Of a stretch of 32,000 nt of DNA, positions 26,863 to 32,000 are shown one piece after another. The notes beneath the pieces were generated by a model. That model saw nothing but the letters and a program-made list of their open reading frames with translations, was not told where the DNA came from and did no database searches. Every line of letters starts with the position of its first letter. Position 1 is the first letter of the stretch. Where the stretch lies: assembly GCA_025058055.1 (NCBI GenBank), contig JANXEU010000005.1, positions 45,467 to 77,466 of the forward strand. The letters run 5' to 3'. The DNA is from Candidatus Calditenuaceae archaeon (GTDB lineage Archaea > Thermoproteota > Nitrososphaeria_A > Caldarchaeales > Calditenuaceae). Position numbers and translations under genes: made by a program.

Positions 26863-27751
26863 TTAGATCTGTAAGCCTATTTTTTCCCTAAAACCTGTAA
26901 GAGTCTTCAATAAATTGTACGCATCATTAATCTCTTTGATTGATAAGAACCTCAACTTTTTCTTGAAATCCTCTGAAAGCGTAGTTGTTTCGTCTTTTAT
27001 GCGCTCGAGTTGGTCCGGGTCAGAAATGACCACACAGGCCCTAACTGTGGGATTCTGACTCGCCCTAAGAAGATTGAGAATCAGCGAATCCACGCTGCCT
27101 CGCAACTGAACTTCAAAGACATATCTAATTTCACCTAGGTTGGCTATGCTCAGTTTCCAAACAGCGTCAACCACTGCGCCCCTAGCTATTCTAGTATCCT
27201 CCTCAGCATCAGATGCAGAGAAACCCATAAGGCTTCCTATTTCCAGAATTTTGGCTACAATTTCATCATGCTCCTCTATGTTCTCTTCTGACCTTTGTGG
27301 AGTTTCGGTAATCGTTGAGGACATGGCGTCTACGATTTTCTGGTAGTCGGACAAAGGTATGGGTCTGCCAAAATTAGCCGGTCCCCCGTGCGTCCCCCTT
27401 AAATACGCCCCGGGAAGACCTTTGTTTTCTATGAAAGACAGTTCGTTTACAAGTTGAGCTAATGGAACTTCACCTAATTTGATCTCTTCAAGTCGACATT
27501 CATGTAAGTACTTTTTTTTGGTTTTCTTGGTATTCATCGGGCCAAACTAATTCACGATTTTCATACCAGTCATTTATCAGCCTGAATGAGCCACTGAACA
27601 CACCCTCACCCACTAAGTAAAAAACAATAAAGTGCCCTTTTCGTACCTTTTTTGTGGCGCTCTCGCTGTATGTGGCCCAAATTTTATTGTTCTTGACGAT
27701 GTTCCAATTAGTCACCGAAACAGGCCAAACCCAGTATTGAACCTCTGACAC
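26863..27751 (-). CDS. EVE (UPF0310/PUA-like) domain protein fused to a PD-(D/E)xK-like nuclease domain, interrupted by a frameshift in an A8 run; candidate modification-dependent (type IV) restriction enzyme
   Basis: Track ORFs 27500..27751 and 26863..27537 overlap in different frames. Removing one A from the A8 run (plus-strand T8 at 27512-27519) joins them into about 295 aa: ...VWPDEYQENQKKYLHECRLEEIKLGEVPL... The N-terminus matches the UPF0310/EVE pattern (YWVWPVSVTNWNIV...IWA...VRKGHFIVFY...LSFIENKG...IPLSDYQKIV). The C-terminus has an alpha-beta-beta-beta pattern with E (ILEIGSLMGF), D (VVDAVW) and ExQ (FEVQLRGS). TTTATC (27776-27781) lies 25 nt upstream of the GTG start. Confidence 0.6.
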
Positions 27752-27855
27752 GTCGGTGACCTTACCGTACTGGTTGATAAACTTTCTAAACTATTCAATT
27801 CAGTAAGACTAGCCATAAAATAATCCACTATCAGCCAAAAAAATGTTTTTAGCAG

Positions 27856-28644
27856 TTAGTGTTGCAGGTTCGCATGTAATGTTATCGCAGCTGCTACTAC
27901 AACACTCGTTATTAGTAGGTAGAGGCCTCCGAAAGTTGTTTGCAGCGTTGGAATGATGACGAACGTGATGTTGTTCATGGTGTGGAACAGCATGGCGGCC
28001 AGTATGCTTTGGTTGGTATTGTTGTATATCCACGTGAAGAGAATGCTGCCGCTTACGATGAGGATTGCGAAGCCCCACCAAGGTTGTTGGGACTGCATTG
28101 TTCCGGGGATAAGGAACAGCGGTGTGTGCCAGAGGCCCCACACTATTCCAAGCATCAGGCTTGACATGAGGGCGTTCCAGCGGTTCTGCAGCCTTTCGAG
28201 AGCGTAGCCACGCCAGCCCCACTCCTCTTGGAACGGGCCTCCGAGGAAGAAAATGTATACGAATGCAACCGCCACGAAAACAGGATTTGACACCGCGTCG
28301 AACACGGGTAAGGAATCTCCGCTGACCACGGCTAGAAGTAGGGAGGCTCCAGCTATGGCGGGATGAGTCAGAAAAATCGGGAGCAGCCATGTTTTCCCGA
28401 ACCTGAGGTGGAATTTTCTGAGAAGGGTTTTGACTCCTGTTTTGCCGTGATTGAGGTAGCTTAGTGTGAATGCTGCGACGGCTGGACCGAAGGCAGCTGG
28501 GTTGAACGGGCTCTGTAAGAAACTGGTCAAAGCATCAGGCAGGGTCAGCAACCCGTTGGAAATCAAGGCCTGCGGAAACCAGAACAACCACGAAAACCCG
28601 AAGGCTATAAGGAAGAAAACCCAAAGGCGGTATTGCTCCCGCAC
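27856..28644 (-). CDS. CPBP-family intramembrane glutamic endopeptidase (CAAX protease/Abi-like)
   Basis: The motifs are EEWGWRGY (EExxxR), LWHTPLF (FxxxH-like) and FHTMNN (HxxxN), within a polytopic membrane protein. Confidence 0.8.
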   Translation of the reverse strand: MREQYRLWVFFLIAFGFSWLFWFPQALISNGLLTLPDALTSFLQSPFNPAAFGPAVAAFTLSYLNHGKTGVKTLLRKFHLRFGKTWLLPIFLTHPAIAGASLLLAVVSGDSLPVFDAVSNPVFVAVAFVYIFFLGGPFQEEWGWRGYALERLQNRWNALMSSLMLGIVWGLWHTPLFLIPGTMQSQQPWWGFAILIVSGSILFTWIYNNTNQSILAAMLFHTMNNITFVIIPTLQTTFGGLYLLITSVVVAAAITLHANLQH

Positions 28645-28748
28645 GGCTAAAACCAGATCAACAACACCTACGCCATATTCTTCATCAACTCGATTTATGT
28701 GTGTTGCTTCTTGAAGGTTTTTATGATTGTTTCCAGCCGTTAAAGGCC

Positions 28749-28997
28749 ATGGCTGTAGTCAAGCCTGTTCTAACAGTTGATGTCAAGGGTGAGATGTGTC
28801 CGATGCCCGTGCTGAAGACACGTGAAGCAATTCAGAAAGTTAAGGTAGGCGAGGTCATCGAAGTCGTCGCAACAGACCCCGCCTCCAAACCCGACCTCGA
28901 GTCGTGGGCTAGGAAAACGGGAAACAAGCTCCTGTCAGTCGAGGCAGTCGGCTCAGAACCCATCGTCTACAGGTTCCTCATCGAGAGGGTGAAGTGA
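28749..28997 (+). CDS. tusA: TusA-family sulfurtransferase
   Basis: The CPxP active-site motif is VKGEMCPMPVLKTREAI. It is about 82 aa from the ATG at 28749. The track start at 28701 looks too early. Confidence 0.8.
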   Translation: MAVVKPVLTVDVKGEMCPMPVLKTREAIQKVKVGEVIEVVATDPASKPDLESWARKTGNKLLSVEAVGSEPIVYRFLIERVK

Positions 28998-29422
28998 AGG
29001 TGGCTGAGGAGAAAAACAGGCTGGTTATCGTCGCAAGCCGTGGAACCGCCGACGGCCTCTACCCCGCCTTAATCCTTGCAACTACTGCTGTTGCGCAAGG
29101 AAAGGAGGCTTACGTCTACTTCACGTTCGGCGGGATGAAGCTGTTGACGAAGCAGATGGCTCAGACAATCGGCCCCTCCGTCGACCTCGGCGTGAGCAAG
29201 GAGCAGCTGGAGCAGCTTCTCAGCAAAGGCGGAATGCCCAGCCTGTTCGACATGCTGAAGATGGCTAAGCAAAGCGGTGTCAAAATCTACGCATGCTCGC
29301 CGACCATGAACCTCTTCGGCATGCGTAAGGAGGACTTAGTTGACGTGGTTGACGACATCATCGGTGCGTCGACGTTTCTCGAAATAGCCTCAGACCCGAG
29401 GACCTTGGCCATCTTCATATAG
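28994..29422 (+). CDS. DsrE/DsrF-like (DsrE3/COG2210-type) sulfur-relay protein
   Basis: The sequence LVIVASRGTADGLYPALILATTA...KIYACSPTMNLFG contains the conserved Cys. Its GTG overlaps the tusA stop as GTGA. Confidence 0.7.
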   Translation: MKVAEEKNRLVIVASRGTADGLYPALILATTAVAQGKEAYVYFTFGGMKLLTKQMAQTIGPSVDLGVSKEQLEQLLSKGGMPSLFDMLKMAKQSGVKIYACSPTMNLFGMRKEDLVDVVDDIIGASTFLEIASDPRTLAIFI

Positions 29423-29430
29423 CGTGGTGG

Positions 29431-29884
29431 ATGACGCATGGATGTTGGGCAGCTGGCCTTGCTGATGGCTGGGTCGGTGCTCGTCATCATGGGTTTGGCA
29501 TTGAGCTGGACGCCCACTGCCTCCATCTTCCGCAGGACTGCAGGGTCGGCCGGGCGAGGAAAATTGTCCGCGAGGGGAAAGCTGTAGGAGTTTCTGCGCA
29601 TTCATTATACGAAGCCCTACACGCGGAAAAAGAAGGTGCCGACTACGTGACCCTGTGTCATGCCTTTCCTTCAATAAGCAAACACGGCTACCCACAGGGG
29701 TTAGGGCTGGATGCCTTGGCTTATTTCATCAACACTAAGAATTTCCGCAGTGGTTCTGGGCGGAGTAAGGCCTAGTAACCCCGCCGCCTGTCTGCAGAAC
29801 GGAGACAAGGCCGTTGTTGTTTTAGAAGCGCTGTCTGAAAACTTCCCTCTAGAACAGTTATGCGGCAAATTATCGGCGAGTTAA
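29431..29884 (+). pseudogene. Thiamine-phosphate synthase (ThiE/TenI)-like remnant, 5'-truncated and frameshifted near 29740-29748
   Basis: The sequence ...LHLPQDC...GVSAHSLYEALHAEKEGADYVTLCHAFPSISK... aligns with the ThiE core (GVSAH, GADYV). The C-terminal part (ISAVVLGGVRPSNPAACLQNGDKAVVVLEALSE, compare IPVVAIGGI...GADGVAV.SAI) continues in another frame to the TAA at 29882-29884. The N-terminal third of the family is missing. Confidence 0.55.
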
Positions 29885-30087
29885 AGCAAGGCGTGTGACT
29901 GATGAGACCAAGCCTAGGCATGACTCATTAATGAGAACTGGGTTCGAAACAACTCTGTGGTAGGGAGAAAAGCCGCTACGCTGTATTCCTCGGGCTGTGC
30001 CGAGCCTCACCTCACCAGTTCAACTTCTCCTCCCTCAACACCACTGCCCATCAGCAAACATTAACGCACGTAACGTCATGAGAAGCC

Positions 30088-30528
30088 CTATGCAAAAATG
30101 CCTGACCCCGTTTTTTCATGGAAAAGTTTGACAGCGTTCTCGAACACATGCTTTGCGTTTTTCAGGCTGTTGGATGCTTCAGCTTCGTCGAAAAGCTCGC
30201 TGGGGCTCATTCCGGATGCTTCGACGCCGTACATGCTGGGAGCTCTCTTGACGGTGAGCTCTGCTGATATCCGGTCGAAGTCGGCGACGAGTGCTTGGAA
30301 CCATTCAGGAAACCTTTCGCTATGAAACTTGAGAACGTCTCCGACGTGATGGGTTTTCGGATACTCGATGCCTACGAGCCTAAGACAAGCCTTCAGCGAG
30401 AGCTCTACCAGCTCCTGACAGTACCTGACCACTTCGGGGTAGTCTCCTCTTGCGAAGGCCGCTTCGGCGTCAATCAGCCTTGCACGAGCTCTTCTGATGT
30501 AGTCAGCGGCCAGCTTCTCCATCTTCAT
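30088..30528 (-). CDS. HEPN-domain protein (PF05168-like), partner of the upstream MNT
   Basis: The sequence AADYIRRARARLIDAEAAFARGDYPEVVRYCQELVELSLKACL...YPKTHHVGDVL is HEPN-like. The preferred ATG at 30528 overlaps the MNT stop as ATGA. I could not find a canonical Rx4-6H motif. Confidence 0.7.
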   Translation of the reverse strand: MKMEKLAADYIRRARARLIDAEAAFARGDYPEVVRYCQELVELSLKACLRLVGIEYPKTHHVGDVLKFHSERFPEWFQALVADFDRISAELTVKRAPSMYGVEASGMSPSELFDEAEASNSLKNAKHVFENAVKLFHEKTGSGIFA

Positions 30529-31238
30529 GGCGCCATTTTTTGAGGCATAACCCAGTACCATTTCCCGTCCATAAGCTGTATGCGTTGCACTCCTTCAGCA
30601 GCCAGCCGGCTTCGAAGCGTTTCAAGCTTCTCAGCCATGAACCCTCCCTTGTCGTACATGATGACGGCTTCGTGAACCAAGTCAAGGTAGAAGGGCTGAG
30701 ATGTGTCAACCTCCTCCGTGTCGAGCAGAAGCATCTCGGGAACTGGGTGGACGCCAAACCTTCTGCCGATGCTGTTTTTCACCTCCTCCCACCCTTCGAC
30801 CATGTTCAGGACGAGTCGAACTCTGTCGCCGTAGCGGGACGGCATGCCGTCGGCGACTACCAGAAGGTCTACGTCGCTGTTTTCAACCGCCTTTCCCCGG
30901 GCGACGGAGCCGAACAGAAGCACAGTCCTGAGTCTTCCGCCGAAGCCTTCCCAAAGCCTAGCCAAAACAAACTCCAGCAAAGGCAGGTAAGCTTTCTGCA
31001 CCACCCTACTCCGCCAACCATACATGACATCAGTCAGCACCGCAAGAGGATGAACAACCCTATATTCACCCCGTCCCACCCTTTCAACCCATCCAAGCTT
31101 CACAAGCCTCGACAGAACAACCCTAGGGCTCTGGACACCGACAGCCGCAGCATCCGAAGAAGTAAAAACCCCCGTCCAGAAGCGGCTCAGCAGCAGGCCG
31201 TACTGCCAACCCAGCCAAGAAGGCACCCAATCAGCCAC
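30525..31238 (-). CDS. Winged-helix plus minimal nucleotidyltransferase (MNT, Pol-beta superfamily) fusion protein
   Basis: The NTase motif is LFGSVARGKAVENSDVDLLVV. The N-terminal wHTH is VVLSRLVKLGWVERVGRGEY. The GTG start at 31238 was chosen because the first 29 residues then align without gaps to the paralog at 31467 (W4, LG9-10, Y13, RF19-20, FTSSD25-29). TTATAT (31262-31267) lies 24 nt upstream. Confidence 0.75.
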   Translation of the reverse strand: MADWVPSWLGWQYGLLLSRFWTGVFTSSDAAAVGVQSPRVVLSRLVKLGWVERVGRGEYRVVHPLAVLTDVMYGWRSRVVQKAYLPLLEFVLARLWEGFGGRLRTVLLFGSVARGKAVENSDVDLLVVADGMPSRYGDRVRLVLNMVEGWEEVKNSIGRRFGVHPVPEMLLLDTEEVDTSQPFYLDLVHEAVIMYDKGGFMAEKLETLRSRLAAEGVQRIQLMDGKWYWVMPQKMAP

Positions 31239-31309
31239 AATAACCAAATAGCTTACAAAACATATAAGCGTAACATCGGCCACAGACAACAAACAACTGA
31301 GCAGCGCCT

Positions 31310-31327
31310 CACGGCATCAAAGCCGTG
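31310..31327. promoter_or_regulatory. Perfect inverted repeat CACGGC-N6-GCCGTG in the divergent MNT/MNT intergenic region (possible operator)
   Basis: This was read directly: CACGGCatcaaaGCCGTG. A second palindrome, CCCATGGG, is at 31342-31349. Both flanking genes encode wHTH domains. Confidence 0.3.
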
Positions 31328-31340
31328 CAGAAAACAGGGT

Positions 31341-31374
31341 TCCCATGGGCAGAAACCCACGAACCCCGGCGGGA
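31341..31374 (-). other. Degenerate tRNA-like segment (T-arm plus variable-arm region) in the same orientation as the fragment at 26666
   Basis: 31351-31374 (AGAAACCCACGAACCCCGGCGGGA) matches 26681-26703 (AGAACCCACGAGCCCCTGCGGGA) with 2 mismatches and 1 indel. A GTGGG/CCCAT stem with a 6-nt loop replaces the T-arm. The flanks do not align. Confidence 0.3.
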
Positions 31375-31466
31375 CGACCGTGAAGGGCGGCTGCATGTCT
31401 CAGCATTCACGGCCAGACCGTTTCGGCTGATACTGTTAAATGTGAGCGTTACGGGGTTTGTAATGG

Positions 31467-32000
31467 ATGGTTAAGTGGCTTTCAAGACAGCTCGGCATGT
31501 TGTATGCGGGTCTGTACCGAAGGTTTGGCGGCGAAGGGTTCACGTCCAGCGACGTGGCTGAGCTGCTGGGTGGGGCTGGAGCTGCTAGGGTGGCGTTGCT
31601 GAGGCTGAGGAAGGCTGGTGCGGTCTACGTTCATGAGAAGACGCATCGTGGATGGGTTTACAGGCTCGCCGACCCGGACGTTTACGTTCTGAGCGTAGCC
31701 GGAGCGTTGCAGAGCCTTGAGAAGATACCGCAGCAAAGGTACAGCCGGCTTGTGGGAATCTACTGCGTGGAGGCGTTGCGGAACGTCAAAGGCCTGCGGA
31801 GCGTCGTCGTCTTCGGCTCCGTGGCAAGGGGCGACGCCAGAGTTGACAGCGACTTGGACCTGCTGGTTGTGTTGGATGGGTTCGAATCGCTGGGCGAGGC
31901 GGTTGACATGCTCGTAAACATCGAATACTCCCCCAGAGTTGTCCGTGAGCTGGAGTGGCTTGAGGAGAAAGGAATATCGACTCATCTTTCCTTCCACCCA
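31467..32000 (+). CDS. Second wHTH plus MNT nucleotidyltransferase paralog, partial (runs off the window end)
   Basis: This ORF is not in the supplied track because it has no stop in the window. My translation is MVKWLSRQLGMLYAGLYRRFGGEGFTSSDVAELL...VVVFGSVARGDARVDSDLDLLVVLDG..., open to 32000. TTAAAT (31436-31441) lies 26 nt upstream of the ATG. Confidence 0.7.
   Translation, partial: MVKWLSRQLGMLYAGLYRRFGGEGFTSSDVAELLGGAGAARVALLRLRKAGAVYVHEKTHRGWVYRLADPDVYVLSVAGALQSLEKIPQQRYSRLVGIYCVEALRNVKGLRSVVVFGSVARGDARVDSDLDLLVVLDGFESLGEAVDMLVNIEYSPRVVRELEWLEEKGISTHLSFHP

Larger units (their letters stand above)
26666..31374. mobile_element. Putative degraded integrated element or genomic island bounded by tRNA-derived sequences (right boundary uncertain)
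   Basis: The left end is the tRNA-Leu 3' fragment. GC content drops abruptly directly after it. The cargo is accessory or defence-type genes plus a pseudogene. A degenerate tRNA-like direct repeat sits at 31341-31374. I recognised no integrase. Confidence 0.35.

Noticed and set aside
27809-28390. A 193-aa minus-strand ORF overlapping the CPBP gene.
   Set aside because: It is an alternative frame of the same strand. It is R/P/H-rich, whereas the 27856..28644 frame carries all three CPBP motifs.
29895-29950. A possible C/D-box sRNA (CTGATGAG ... TAATGAG) in the 200-nt non-coding gap after the ThiE remnant.
   Set aside because: No CUGA D or D' boxes occur at the required 12-nt guide spacing, and there is no terminal stem. 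The motif match is limited to one C-box-like heptamer.
29930-29960. A GGGTTCGAAA T-loop-like sequence suggesting a tRNA on the plus strand.
   Set aside because: The flanking bases (CTGGG / CAACT) cannot form a T-stem, and no acceptor or anticodon arms can be built.
30540-31430. A 296-aa plus-strand ORF.
   Set aside because: It is antisense to the wHTH-MNT gene, which has clear NTase motifs. Its composition is P/S/Q/R-rich and non-protein-like.
31482-31997. A 171-aa minus-strand ORF.
   Set aside because: It is antisense to the open-ended plus-strand wHTH-MNT paralog, which has the GSVARG...DSDLDLLVV motif. The minus-strand product has no motifs.
1-32000. CRISPR arrays, rRNA genes, IS elements and integrases.
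   Set aside because: Reading the intergenic regions, I found no regularly spaced direct repeats, no rRNA-like sequence, and no transposase or integrase motifs (DDE, or R..HxxR..Y). The only repeats are the 11-bp tandem and the tRNA-like pair reported above.

Overview
This window looks like archaeal chromosome, probably a GC-rich hyperthermophilic crenarchaeon (Thermoproteota). Supporting markers are archaeal DnaG, RpoN/Rpo10, A-type ATPase subunit A, a two-subunit-type 2-oxoacid:ferredoxin oxidoreductase alpha subunit, PGI/PMI, a PibD-like A24 peptidase and an SmAP3-like protein. AT-rich TATA-like boxes lie about 22-27 nt upstream of many start codons, which suggests leaderless mRNAs.

Positions 1-26100 are densely packed housekeeping genes, many with 1-, 4- or 11-nt start/stop overlaps. 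From about 26640 the character changes. A 3' fragment of a tRNA-Leu(CAA) gene with no detectable 5' half is followed by a markedly AT-richer stretch (hand counts 33-40% GC per 60-nt line, against about 57% in the core). An accessory gene set follows:
- an EVE(UPF0310)-domain protein fused to a PD-(D/E)xK-like domain, split by a frameshift in an A8 run
- a CPBP/Abi intramembrane protease
- a TusA-DsrE3-like pair
- a truncated, frameshifted ThiE-like pseudogene
- a wHTH-MNT/HEPN pair
- a second, divergently oriented wHTH-MNT paralog running off the window

No integrase, transposase, CRISPR array, rRNA or intact tRNA was recognised.

The most interesting items are:
1. The EVE-nuclease candidate, a possible modification-dependent restriction enzyme, in the tRNA-flanked island.
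2. A MoaD/ThiS-like ubiquitin-fold gene with a 19-residue tail after its GG, which heads a tightly overlapped operon of small TM protein, MoxR, DUF58 and polytopic membrane protein.
3. The orphan 3' tRNA fragment, plus a second degenerate tRNA-like segment 4.6 kb away in the same orientation.

All functional calls rest on motif recognition by eye. No database search was run.
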